Positions 1-12,412 of a stretch of 64,000 nt of DNA are shown here, piece after piece. Source of the DNA: Lepidodermella squamata (lineage: Eukaryota; Animalia; Gastrotricha); the NCBI GenBank assembly GCA_047495785.1, contig JBLDXI010000001.1:1674001-1738000 (forward strand), written 5' to 3'. A program made the position numbers and the translations under genes. Positions within the stretch are counted from its first letter, which is position 1, and every line of letters starts with the position of its first letter. The notes beneath the pieces are model-generated. The model had not been told where the DNA came from and made no database searches. It saw only the letters and a list, made by a program, of their open reading frames with translations.

Positions 1-906
1 CGATTGCCCTGGAAATGGACGGTATTTGGACCGATTCAGCCGCTGCTCTGAATGTAAAAATCACTGTTTGACATTTGTGAATTCTACATCAAATTGTTTA
101 GATCGGAAATTGCAATTAGGAGATAGGTGTTTCCCGAGAAACGCCGGGCTTCATCCTTGGTTCACGACTAACGAAATTATGGATGACACCATGGAATGCG
201 TCGAGCAGCCGCCCACCTCTTTCGGCATCGTCAAGTGTAAACTGCCCTTAGTCGAAGATATCGACGGTCGATGCGTCCACAACGACGATACTCAGGCCGA
301 ATACGTCCGGCTACCCTACGAATCTCCTTGCGATGACACTAATCTCATCATTCCCATAGCGAGATGCGACGCTTCTCTAGAGCTGTTTTGCACAGCCCAG
401 AACAAGTGCGGGTGCCTGTCGTACATGATTTGGGACGGTAGGAAATGCCGAGTTCGAACCCTGGGCGATCAGTGCAAGGAAACAATCGACTGCCAGAATG
501 AACCCTTCGGCGTTACGGCAATTTGCCTCCTGGGCGTCTGCTCATGCTCGACCGGCTACAGGCGTGTTGATGTCAATTCGATCAATTTGATATCGATCAA
601 TTTCGGCATAGATAAGGCTCTGCGACTTGTCACTTCTTACTGCCTACAATTGGTCAAGGTAGTCGGCAAGGCGTCGATTTGCCACCTGGATCCGTTCAGC
701 ACCGCGTCGACAGTTCAGAGTTTGGTACTGGTTTGCGATGTTGGGCTCTATTGCTTGCGATGTCCGGCTGATTTCAACCCGGACGATACAAATCTCGGCT
801 ATTGTCGTAAGCACTTTTTTGCCTAAGGCTTCCGCTGATGTTTGGCTTTTTTGCAGGAACATTCACCACTCCTGTGCGATCAGCCAGTGAACTTATAGGA
901 GATTAA
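1..906 (+). CDS. Cys-rich EB-module/EGF-like extracellular protein, 3' part (5' end outside window)
   Basis: Open frame 26-806 with repeated Cys patterns (CGCLSYMIWDGRKC...LGDQC...CSCSTGY). Probable intron 807-856 (gtaagc...ttgcag), then a short last exon ending TAA at ~906. AATAAA at ~969. Confidence 0.6.
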
Positions 907-1469
907 TTTGCTGCATATCATTTTTTGAATTCATATGCATATCTTCAGCACTTCTAAATTTTAAGAAATAATAAAGAAAGATGTAAAAAAAGAAGTTGTA
1001 GGGCATCGGTCGAAGGCTATAAGCAGATATCTCTATTTAGCATTTGTCCAAGATGATGCCGAGGAATCTCAGACACACTGAGGGGGCTGAGCGGGACGTA
1101 CGATGGTAGACGAGAGAAAGCTGCAGTAACTTCACTGCTACATTAGCTGAACTGTCGTCACAAGAGACAAGCCAAGGCAGCGATCTGATCGCTTTCATCT
1201 TGAGCAAGGAAAGTGAAGGACGAGTAAACCATAGAGCGAAGTAGGAACTGGTAGGGATTCGCTCTCTGGAGTAAACACATTTTCGTTTTGTTGAGCCGTC
1301 GACTCTGCCGCCGAGAAGGTAGCTGATGAGGGAAAATTCATCGGCTAACAAATACAGGGACTTAGGGGGAACGGGGGACATCACATTGTTTTGGTGTCTT
1401 GGCAGCCCACTCGGCGAGACGGCGGGGCAAACAACAAAGACCATGCAATAGATCGATAAAATAGCTCCT

Positions 1470-1476
1470 TATATAA
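1470..1476 (+). promoter_or_regulatory. Putative TATA box of the small secreted peptide gene
   Basis: TATATAA ~85 nt upstream of ATG 1558. Confidence 0.4.
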
Positions 1477-1557
1477 CAGCTGTTAACAGTCATTTCAATT
1501 AAGCGTTCATCAACTTTTTTAATTATTATACTTCGCACAACTTTCTTATAAAATACC

Positions 1558-1765
1558 ATGAACAAGCTTTTGTCTGTTACCTTGCTTTTGGTTAGTTTAA
1601 ATGATTAAGATGAAGAATCTTGATACATATCAAAACATTTTTCAGGTTTTTGTTGCTGTTTGTTCGAGCACAGATCTGTCAAGCGGAGCTAAGGATGTCG
1701 TCAACAAACCATCCGCGCCTGCGGCATCTATCCCGCCAGCCCAGATAAGCGGAGCTAAGGGCTAA
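1558..1765 (+). CDS. Small secreted Pro/Ala-rich repeat peptide (2 exons)
   Basis: Exon 1558-1590 (MNKLLSVTLLL), intron 1591-1645 (gttagt...tttcag), exon 1646-1765 (VFVAVCSSTDLSSGAKDVVNKPSAPAASIPPAQISGAKG*). Hydrophobic signal peptide. A second repeat copy follows out of frame to 1862. AATAAA at ~1996. Confidence 0.6.
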
Positions 1766-2476
1766 GGACATCGTCAATAAACCAGGCGCGCCTGCTTCCA
1801 TCCCACCAGCCCAGATTAGTGGAATAATGAAGCAACCTCGCAAACCAGTCTCAAGACGATGAAGAATTCAAGTGCAGTTTAAGACTTTGGCGAAGTCTGG
1901 CCACGGTAATGCATAACACTTTGCGGTATTAGGTTTTGGGCAGTATATGAATGCAATTTTACCCTGTGCCTCATGAATTCTGTATATTATAACCAAATAA
2001 AGAGTGATGTGTTGGCATTACTTTCTCGCCTCATTGCCTTAGACTTCGACCCATTGCCCAAGCCTTTGGTTTGGATACATAGATAAAAGTAAACCTTTCC
2101 CTATGTTCGGGTCCATTGAAGGCGAGGACTTTTTTGTGTTACAAATAATTGGGTACCGGAAGAAATAAGTTGAATGACAGCCGATACCATTCCATATCCA
2201 AGGTTCAACATCTCGTTCCTTGCTACAAACCAAGACAGCAATTTTTACAGCGAAAATTTATAGCGAAAATTGGCATTAAGGCAACAAGGCACCGTTCTAC
2301 TTATTCGCTTTTCGCCTTATCTCACAACGCCTTTTGTTTTTTCAAGCTTACATGTTTGATAGTGATACCACAGACCACGGAACGCAGACCATGCCTTTAA
2401 GAGTGAAAAAATTGTCAACAGCGATGCAGTAATTCACCGAGCTTTTGATCATTTAACTTGTAACTCTTTTTGAGAG

Positions 2477-4517
2477 ATGCATTCACTCTTATTTCTGGTG
2501 CTATTGTCGGTTGCAGGTGTCTATTGTCAAGGGAATAGCCCAGTGATACAAACCTCCACTGGTCCTGTTAGGGGCAGGCTAGTCACCACAGAGGGTGGGC
2601 ATCAAGTCTATGAATTTCTTGGTATTCCGTTCGCTGAACCCCCGGTTGGAGACAGACGTTTCCGAAAACCAGTGGCTAAACAGCCATGGACAGATGTCCT
2701 CGATGCAACAAAATGGCCGAATGCTTGTCCTCACATCTGCACTCTAGACCCTGATATGAAAATTGTGCATAAAGTTACTACACCGGTACGTAATTTCAAT
2801 TTCCTAGTTACAGAATTACTAAAAGCTCTTCGCATTAGCTGGCAGAGGTAAAGGATGAAGATTGCTTGTACCTCAACATGTGGGTTCCAGTTGACGCAAT
2901 CATCGAGAAGAAATCATTAGCAGCCCTCACCTGGATCCACGGAGGAGGTTATACTGAGGGTGCATCATCTCTTAGCCTCTTCAACAGTAGCGTCCTAGCT
3001 GGGTACAACCACATAATTGTCGCAGTTCTCCAGTATCGGCTTGGGTCTCTCGGCTTCCTATACGACGGTACTGAAGATATTCCAGGAAACCAAGGCCTGT
3101 GGGATCAATTGGAAGCTATCAAATGGGTGTGCAATAACCTGCCCGCTTTCGGAGGATCCTGTGACAAGCACAGTATTGCTGGGGTTAGCGCCGGGTCTGC
3201 ATCTGTCACGTATCACGTTCTCTCCCCGCATAGCAAGCCGTACTTCACGCGAGCTATAGCCGAGTCTGGTACTGCGATAAATCCATGGGCTATGGGAGAT
3301 GCTGCTCTACTCAAAGGCTTATATTTTGACAAATGGCTCGAGTCCACCCCTTGTCAAGGGAAAGAAAACGTGTTAGACTGCTTGAAGAAAGTCGATGGAA
3401 ACAAATTTCCGCTGCTTGACATTGAGTTGATGCTTAAAGGCATTGTCCTCGCCTTTCGACCTATTGTTGACGGTGATTTTCTACCGAAGCATCCTATGGA
3501 ACTGATCAAAAGCGGCGAGTTCAACCAAGTCCCATTGCTTATTGGCAGTAATCTTCATGAAGGCTCACTCATGGTTCGATGGACAGAACTCGGCAGACAA
3601 CTAGTTCCGACTGTGGCGAACGAGGATGAAATGATAGCGAATCTGACAATGGCTAATCACGCAGATTTATTAAAAGCGACTCTGACGCCTTTCTTAGGCC
3701 AAAGTTTTGTCGATGATCCGATCCTACTCCAATCAGCTGTTCTAAACTATTGGCCGAAAGACAAAAGCGGGGCTGAAGTTCTGGGTTCGGCGATCGATGC
3801 GGCTGGAGATCAAGCGTTCGTCTGCCCAAATTATCTATGGACCCAAATGGTATCGAAAATTGGTGGCATGGGATCGAAGACGTTTTTGTATAGCTATCGC
3901 CATCGCCGAGCTAATTATCCCTTACCAAAATATATGGGCGTCTATCACATTGAAGAAATAGGGTAATAATTATTGCTTTGAATTTAACTCTCATAACTCA
4001 AGTCTATTCCCAAAAGTTTTGTTTTCGGTGAGCCTTTCCAGCCTACTGCGGATGAGTTCGGATATGGGCCGGGTGATAAGGAGGTGAGCTCAATGGTTAT
4101 GAAGCTTTGGACCGATTTCGTAAAATACGGGTATGAAATCGTGAATTTTGTTGTTTAATCTGTTGAACAAGATTCTCGCCCCTAAAGGGACCCGAATGGT
4201 GAGGCGAACACCTGTGATGCGACAAAAAGCTGCACGGTATATAAATTTGAAATTCCTATATGTCCCAAAGTAGCCAATAATCTTGTTAATTAAAGAGGTC
4301 ATGGCCATCATTGGTAAATGCGAATTGCAGAAATCAAGCAGTTGATATCTCGGACCCTGCAGGCCCGAAACCTCTATGCGAATGGAAGGCCCGGGAATGC
4401 CTGGTAAGTTTCTCATAATGAAGTGGTGTTCCATGCTTTCATTTTTGTCGATTTCGCCAGTATTGGAACGAATTTATACCTGAGCTAACCCGCTTGAGCC
4501 TGAAAAATCAGCCTTAA
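2477..4517 (+). CDS. CCE1: secreted carboxylesterase (type B, cholinesterase fold), triad intact
   Basis: Signal peptide; FLGIPFAEPP, EDCLYLN, HGGGY, GVSAG (Ser), NLHEG (Glu), GVYHIEE (His). Six exons (first 2477-2785, second from 2839, last 4461-4517). Confidence 0.93.
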
Positions 4518-4835
4518 TATTGCATCGAGAAAACATTTATTGATTTTCGATTGTGATTGCGATTTTTTGTTCTGTGTGTCTCTATCGCTCTTGATAAATA
4601 AAATGATGAACTATTTTCAAATTATGATCAATGCTCGAAAAAGATACCTTTTGAAGCACGGTCGAATGAGTCATAAAAGTATGGTTGCTATGGCGCGTCG
4701 CTACGACGATATTCGAGTATTGTGTCAGTTCTTTTAAACCCAACTTTCAAAGTCACCTCTGAAGAGTCGATGAAAAAGCCATGGTCAAAATCCATCCACC
4801 ACATGAAGCTACGCCCACAAGCATTTTCAGTTGCC

Positions 4836-6150
4836 AAAATCTTGGTTTTTTTTGCTGTAACACCCCCCAAGGATACCTTAATTACTTATTACTTCTGTTT
4901 TTTCATCAGCTCATACAAAGTAAGGCATTCGTGTGCTCGTTTCAAAAGGCAACGCACCGCAATAATGCCTCCTACATATGCCTCCTACGGCAAAAGCAGC
5001 CTAAAAAGGTTTATAAAAAAGATGTAAAAACGGCCTAGAAAGATCTCGATAATGGATTGACGTAACCATCGTAATTTTCGCCCTATGAGAAACCCAAAAC
5101 AAATTTATTCATGTCTCCGACTTTTGGCAGCGTTCATCTACATTATCCTTATTACCCTGTAAAGGATCACTGAATAAACATAAGATTTCATAAAAGAATT
5201 TCCGTATTTCTGATTACTTCGCCTAATTGTTCAAACAACTGAGAATCAGAGCGGAAAAACCTTGTAAATATTAACCCTATGAAAAAAGTAGGCCACAATC
5301 TTAAGATAAGGGACAATAAAAGAATGTCGCAAAGACAGCTCGCAGAGCCCTCAAAATAATTGCCTGCAAAGCAGCAGCCTTTTTTGAACAAGGCTAGAAA
5401 GTGAAAGTACTTATATTTGAAGGAAAGACCTTGATAACGGATTGACGTATAGCCTCTGTAATTTTCGCCCAAAAAAACCTAAAACAAATTTATTTACGGT
5501 TCCGACTTTCAGCAGCGTTCACTGACTTTTTCCTTACCCTGTAAAAGATCGCTGAATAAACATTAGATTTCATGAAAGAAGTCGTTCCATACTTGTGATG
5601 ACTCGGCCTAATTATTCAAACAACTGAGAATCAGAGCGGAAAGCCTTGTGCTCTTCTAGATAATACTCTTCTAGAAATCGCTGCATGCATTTCAGCTTGA
5701 TTAGCTATTTTTAGCTCACCCAGGTATTATAACGCGAACGTCCTGTATTAACCCTCTGAAGAAAGTCGGTCATCATGATGCGAAGAGTATTGCTGATAAA
5801 AGAATGCCGTAGAGACTGTTTTCATAAGAGCACGAAGTGCCCTCAAAACAATTGTCTACAAAGCAATCGCCTTTTTTGAATTTTCAGTTAATTTTTCGAG
5901 TTGCAATTTCAAGACGTGAAGGCTTGGACAATTTTTGCTTTGGTGGCCAAGAACACCCCCAAGGATTCCTTAATTACTTCAGTTTTTTCAACAGAAAGTA
6001 GGGCAGTCGTGTGCTCGTTTTAAACGTAAGCAACGCGCCAAAATAATGCCTCCTACCTAAGCCTCCTACGGCAAAAATTTATAAAAAATAACAGCCTATA
6101 AAAGATCTGGATAACAGATTGTCGTAGCCTCCGCAATTTTCTCCCTATTA
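4836..6150. repeat. Diverged direct duplications (A-B-B'-A') in the CCE1-ML1 spacer; block B recurs at ~10445-10790
   Basis: Block A: caccccc-aaggat-cct...gcctcctacggcaaaa at ~4860-5090 and ~5952-6150. Block B: cgactttt-gcagcgtt...ctgaataaacat-agattt...ttcaaacaactgaga at ~5118, ~5503 and ~10447. Confidence 0.8.
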
Positions 6151-6215
6151 AAGAAAGCGCTGCTTTCTTCATTTAGCAGAAATTTACTCTCATTCACTAA
6201 AACTATAACTAAAAA

Positions 6216-6893
6216 ATGAACATCTCAGCAGTTTTCATCACGGCTTTACTTTTTGCGGCTTCTAACCAGCAAGTGTACGGCCCTTGTACAGGAGAGTAAG
6301 AAACTGCCTCAAAGTATAGCTACATCACAAGTTGAAATCCCTTCCTTATAGTTTGGCTGGATCGGCAAAAATCAATCAAGTTGTGATTAACAGCTGCAGC
6401 AAAACGGAGGGAAACACGTGTTACCTCCCGCGAAATGTCTCTATCAGTTTCACCATTGAGGTCGTTCCAGGTATAGGCTTGAATTTCGAAAACTTCAAAG
6501 TGGTGTTCAATCGAACACTTTTCCAGCCCAGGATTACGCCAGTAATGAGAACTTTAACGGCGAAATCGTTGGTATCGACGCGGTGACCAAACTGAAGGGT
6601 ACCTTTATGTCTAAAACCACGGGCACGTGCGACAAGTTCTTCAGACCCATCAAAAACATGAGCCAATGCCCGCTGAAAGCTGGCACTGCCGCAGTGGTAT
6701 CGACCAGCATCAAGATCCCTACTAACTGGAGGCAACAGGTGATCTGAGTTGAAGCGTGTTTCTATCATTATATCAACGTAAATTTTGTTATCGACAGGCT
6801 AATGGCAATATCATTTTCCGCCTGTGGAATGTCGCGAACAACAATGTCAATAACGTCGTCTGCGTGAACGTGACGGCTGCTATCGACAACTAA
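6216..6893 (+). CDS. ML1: secreted ML-domain (NPC2/MD-2/Der p 2-like) lipid-binding protein, 4 exons
   Basis: Spliced product MNISAVFITALLFAASNQQVYGPC...INSCSKTEGNTCYLPRN...GTCDKFF...QCPLKAG...IIFRLW...VCVNVTAAIDN*. Signal peptide plus six Cys in ML spacing, including the CPLKxG motif; ~165 aa. Confidence 0.8.
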
Positions 6894-7888
6894 ACGAGTC
6901 GCATGCGAAATGACGTGACATCAAAACTGTCACTTATTCAGAACTCTGAACATTCAAAACACTTCCCCATAAGAGTCGAAAAATTAGAAAATGTAATTTC
7001 TCTACGCAAAATTTAACAGCTTCGACAAAAGCGCATTTTTCCTTATCACCATCAACATGAAACATTTTACCTGCACGCTTGTACCATCTCATTCATCAGC
7101 ACGATCCCCATCCGTGAAAGGCGAAAATCCATTGTAATATTCATAATAAATTTATTTTACTTATAGGGTGATCGAGGCTCTTGAGTACCTTCTATCCGGC
7201 ATTAGAAGTCGCAGCATGAAAATTTCAAGTCACTCATAATTGTCGCCACTATGATAATTACTATCGTGCCGCATTTGATTTTTTTGTATTTCAACAAATT
7301 TCTGCTTGTAATCAAGTGATCGATAGCGGAAAATGCAAACTCTGAGTCTTGAAAATATTTGAATGGGCAATCCTGTCGGGCCAGCTTTTCTACCACAGGT
7401 AGCTCTTAGCTCTTAGGTATGGCTAAAGGCTAAAGCCAGATAAATCGGGTCACAACCCTGAAATAAAAATAAAGAGAATGAACAAGGTTTCGTAAAATTA
7501 GCGCAATCTAGTCCATCGAAATGGCAGAAATACATTTTTATACATTATTTCTGTCAGACTGACGAGAAACTTCGACGAAAAGAGTGACATTTAAACTTAC
7601 ACGAATTACGAATTACCAATATAAAGGTACATCAAGTTTGACGAGTACAAACGCCATTCAACGGAACTATTGCATCTGATTCTTCTCAATCTTCTTAAAC
7701 TGAACTAAGAGATTCTAAGAATTAACATGATGGGATACTAAAAACGAAAAGTAAAGAATGAAGGGCACATTTTAATGAATGAAACGCTATAGCGAAACAC
7801 GTGGCGTCCGCCTTCAATACCAAAGTGGAAACATCACATGTGCACCAAGTGCTTCGATATTCTCCTCATTTATCTCTCCAAACCAATA

Positions 7889-10413
7889 ATGGTTACTTCT
7901 TTCCTCGTTTTAGCCCTGATTTCAGCTTGCGCAAATGCTCAAGAGCCCAGCCCGCTAGTTCACACCACACATGGCCCCGTTAGAGGTAGGCTAATTGCGG
8001 TAGATGGCGGCCGTCAAGTCTATGAACTCCTCGGCATTCCTTTTGCCGAACCTCCAATCGGCGACAGACGTTTCCGAAAACCAGTTGCCAAACAGTCGTG
8101 GTCTGACGTCCTCGATGCAACAACGTGGCCGAATGCGTGTCCCCAAATCAATTTATGGGAACCGGAGTCAATTTTTGGGAAAATGTTCAAGCCGGTGAGT
8201 AATCAATTTTCTAATTAAATCAAACTCCATCTCAATTTCAGCTAGCTGATAAAATGAATGAAGACTGCTTGTACCTCAATCTATGGGTCCCTGCTCACGC
8301 GTTGAACGAAAATCACAGCCGGCCTCATTTATCGGCCTTTACCTGGACCCACGGTGGTGCTTTCTACGAGGGCACTACGTCGCTTCAGTTGTACAATGGC
8401 AGTGTTTTGGCAGCATTTAACGACATTATCGTAGCCTCCGTGCAGTACCGACTCGGCTCTCTCGGCTTCCTCTACAACGGCACTGAAGATTTGCCTGGAA
8501 ATCAAGGCCTCTGGGACCAGCTTGAGGCTATCAAATGGATTTGCCAAAATTTACCTGTTTTCGGTGGCACATGCGAACGGCACACAATAGCTGGGCAAAG
8601 TGCTGGGGCGGCTTCAGTAACCTTTCATTTGATATCAAACCACAGCTGGCCATACTTTTCTCAAGCTATCGCCGAATCTGGATCAGCACTGAGTCCTTGG
8701 GCTATGTCAGATTCGGATCTTCTAAAAGGGCCATATTTCGAGAAATGGCTTGAATCTTCCCCGTGTCAAGGGGTTGAGGATGTTTTAGAGTGTTTGAAAA
8801 AAATCGATGGAAATAATGTTCCCTCGCTCGATTTCCAGCTTATGATGAAGGGCGTAGTCCTACCTTTCCGACCGGTCGTTGACGGCGATTTTATCGCGAA
8901 ACATCCTCTTGAACTCGTCAAAAGTGGCAGTTTTCATAAGGTCCCAATTTTGATCGGAAGCAATCTTCACGAGGGTTCGATAATGACCCGTTACAACCCT
9001 TTAGCCAGGCAATTGATTCCAACAGAGTCTAACGAAGATGAATCAGCAGCAAATTTAACTCTTGCCAATCACGCTGATTTGATGAAAGCGAGTTTAGTTG
9101 CGTTCCTAAGCGAAATTTACACCGATCCATTGCTACTCCAAGCTGTTGTTCTCAATTACTGGCCGGAGGGTCGGAAGGGCAGCGAGGTGATTGGGTCTGT
9201 GATTGATGCAACTGGAGACCTGTCTTTCACCTGTCCAACCTACTCTTGGGCTCGATATTGCGCGAATGTTGGGGATATGGGGTCGAAAATATTCTCATAC
9301 CGATTTAGCCATCGTCGTGCTAACTTATCTTTACCAAAATTCATGGGTGTTATTCATCTGGAGGAGATAGGGTAAACAATTATTTTTATTATTTTCTATT
9401 AAAACTCTGTTAAATGCCGTTCAGATTTGTATTCGGCGAGCCTTTCCAACCGGCAGCGTCGGAATTCGGCTATGGCGAAGGTGATAAAGAAGTCAGCTTG
9501 GCTGTTATGAAACTGTGGAGCAATTTCATTAAGCATGGGTAAGTTGATATAGGACCATTGATGTCATTAGGGTACAAATATTTGCACCTTAAAAGTTAAA
9601 TTTTTCCTATTTCACAATTTCGAAATGTTCATTCCTGATCGATAGTGATCGACCCTGTTACATTGGGTTTTAATTTTAGCTACCTGCTAATACCCTCGGG
9701 AATCTAGAAATATCTTCAAAGTTGGCTTCCAAGACTGTTGATATCTGAAAAATCACTGATTTGTAAAATCGATACATGAAATCGATATCAGCTCGGCAGG
9801 CGAAATTATAATTCGCAAAATGCGTGTAACAGTCAGGTCAGCTAAAAAAACTTGATATTCTGGGGTAATCTAGGGCTGGTAATTTTTTGTTTTTTTCGCC
9901 ATTATAATCCGATTGAACTTGAACTTCAAAACAAAACGTGAATTATTATCAAAAATTTATGCAATTTACAAGCAAAATTTTTTATTCAAATTTATGACGC
10001 AAAATTGGGTCACTTGGGAACTTTTACAGCCAAAATTAAATTGCCTTTCCTAAACTTGATTAATTTAATTTTAAAAAATTGCAGGGACCCGAATGGTTCT
10101 ACTGATACCTGCGACGCGATTACTGGCTGTGATGAGGTAGAATCTTATTGTAAAATTTACCATATAAGCTAATACCAGCTGTTTTCAATAGAATTCATGG
10201 CCCTCCATGGTTAATACGAAATGCGACGATCAGATTGTAGACATTCTTGATGCCTTCAAACCCAAGTCTCTATGCGGTTGGAAGAAAAGAGACTGCTTGG
10301 TGAGTTTGACCTTCAATAATTAGCCAATTTTTCTAGTAATATTTTGCATTTTTAATCCGCAGTTTTGGAGCGAGTTTGTGCCAGAGCTCATGCGGCTAAG
10401 AAAATCTGGCTAA
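7889..10413 (+). CDS. CCE2: secreted carboxylesterase, paralog of CCE1, triad intact
   Basis: Signal peptide MVTSFLVLALISACANA; GQSAG, NLHEG, GVIHLEE. Same intron positions as CCE1; last exon FWSEFVPELMRLRKSG*. Confidence 0.93.
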
Positions 10414-10806
10414 TTGCCTAAATTCTGCATAATTATTTGTGTTTTCGACTTTTAGCAGCGTTATGATTCATATCATCTGTTTCCTTATCCTGTAAAAGAT
10501 CGCTGAATAAACATAAGATTTAATGAAAGAAGTCGTGCCGTATTTCTGATGACTCGGCCTAATTGTTACGCCGTGTTCAAACAACTGAGAGCCATACGAG
10601 AAAAATATTGCAAATAATGTAGTAACCCTGGAAACAATGGAGGTCATAATCTGAAGGGTACTGATGATAAAAGAATGTTGGAGAGGCTTTTTTCGCAATA
10701 CCCTCAAGTGTCCTCAAAGCCTTTGTTTACACAGCAATCAGCCTTATTTTCGAATAAAGCTAGAAAGTGAATTTTCTGACAATTTGTTTAGTTGAAATTT
10801 TAAGCC

Positions 10807-11515
10807 ATGATTGCTTCCACAATTATTGCCGCCCTGGCATTGGTCGCCTGTGCGACTGCTGAACTACAAGATGTTGGAAGATTGAATGACCCGTCACGCT
10901 GGAAACCATGCGATAATGAGTAAATTGACAATATTATCTAAAACAGATTTTGCATAATTTTCCCTCAGAATGAGAGGTTCTGCCGAAATCAAAAGCGTTA
11001 TGATCAACAAGTGCAGCAAGCCGAAGGATCCAGTTTGCTACCTGCAACGAGGTGCCGATATTGCCTTCATCATCACAATTATTCCTGGCAAGTTTCACTC
11101 ATAACTCGTGATTTTTAATAAAAAAAAAATACTTGATCAATCAACAGCCGCAAACATGTCGAACACTACGAAATTAGTAGGCGATGTTGTTGCCATTGAA
11201 GCGTCAACTGGCCGCAACGCCACTCTTCAGCAGAGATTTGTTGGCAAATGCGAACAGTTTTTCCCGCCCTACCAGGGCATCCAGCAAAAATGCCCGTTGG
11301 TAAAAGACACTGCGGTCACAACTTTTACCAGCATCAAAGTTCGAAAGGAATGGCCACAGAACGTAAAACTAAATTACATTATTTTTTTACTGACCATTTT
11401 TTTGTGTTTGAAATAGGCTAAAGGTAACATTTTATTCCGCCTTTGGACCGAGGAAAACAACAAGAAGAACTACATCGGCTGTGTCAACGTGACGGCTGGT
11501 ATCGATGACAAATAA
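10807..11515 (+). CDS. ML2: secreted ML-domain protein, 4 exons
   Basis: MIASTIIAALALVACATAE...WKPC...INKCSKPKDPVCYLQRG...GKCEQFF...KCPLVKD...ILFRLW...IGCVNVTAGIDDK*. Same exon plan as ML1; second intron appears to be GC-AG (11088-11147). Confidence 0.8.
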
Positions 11516-11746
11516 ATTGTTGTATAGCTATCGCAGGCAGAAAATCCAGAGTTGATCTTCTGAATGACATCAGAATCCCCTTTAGGCAAAAACTGGTGTA
11601 ATTAAGCCTATGTAAATATACCCGTCAGACAATGAAAGGAATGCCGAGCCGTTCATAATCTTCTTTCCTAATACCGAATTGTAGATTGTTTCAAAGGCGC
11701 TGTTTCCAATTTCTTATCACTGGTTGCTTTAATAAAGATATTTATC

Positions 11747-12412
11747 ATGATAACTCCAAGTCTTTTGATTCTGTTTATCGTCGGCTATGTTGCAGCTGAT
11801 GATGTTCCCTTCTACCGCGAGTGTGATGCTAAGTATAGGAATCCTCTGTCATCCTTTCATTATTCCTATCCTATTAATCTTACAGGCATAAAGGAACTGC
11901 GAACATTACCAATTTGCTGGTTAACAGCTGTAGCAAAGAAGAAAACGGTGTCTGTTACCTGAAAAGCGGGGCTGAAGTTGTTTTTATTATCGAAGTCATT
12001 TCAGGTTAGATTACAAAGAATAGCCATTTTGTTTAACTTTTTTTTAAATATTATAGGTGAAAACTTGGGCAACACGCAGACGTTGAAGGGTGATGTTATT
12101 GCTGTTGATGTTGACACTAAGGAGAAATTCCCGTTACTACCGGTTTTCACGGGTAAATGTGACCAGTTCTTTCCGGCGAGTCAAGACGGCGTGAAGCAAT
12201 GTCCACTGAAAAAGGGCGCAAAGGCGCATACTGTTACCGGACTGAAAATTGAAGAGGGAGCTGAGAAAAACGTAATTAAAAAACGTAAATCACGTAACAT
12301 GCAATTGAGTTTTTTCCAATTTCAGTCGAAGGCCAACGTCATCTTTCGGCTATGGACCGGTTCAGATAGATACATCATCTGTGTCAATGCAACCATCGCT
12401 ATGGCTGAATAG
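11747..12412 (+). CDS. ML3: secreted ML-domain protein, 4 exons
   Basis: MITPSLLILFIVGYVAADDVPFYREC...VNSCSKEENGVCYLKSG...GKCDQFF...QCPLKKG...VIFRLW...ICVNATIAMAE*. Confidence 0.82.

Noticed and set aside
1037-1444. 135-aa minus-strand ORF
   Set aside because: No recognisable motif, signal peptide or splice support; overlaps the likely promoter of the small peptide gene.
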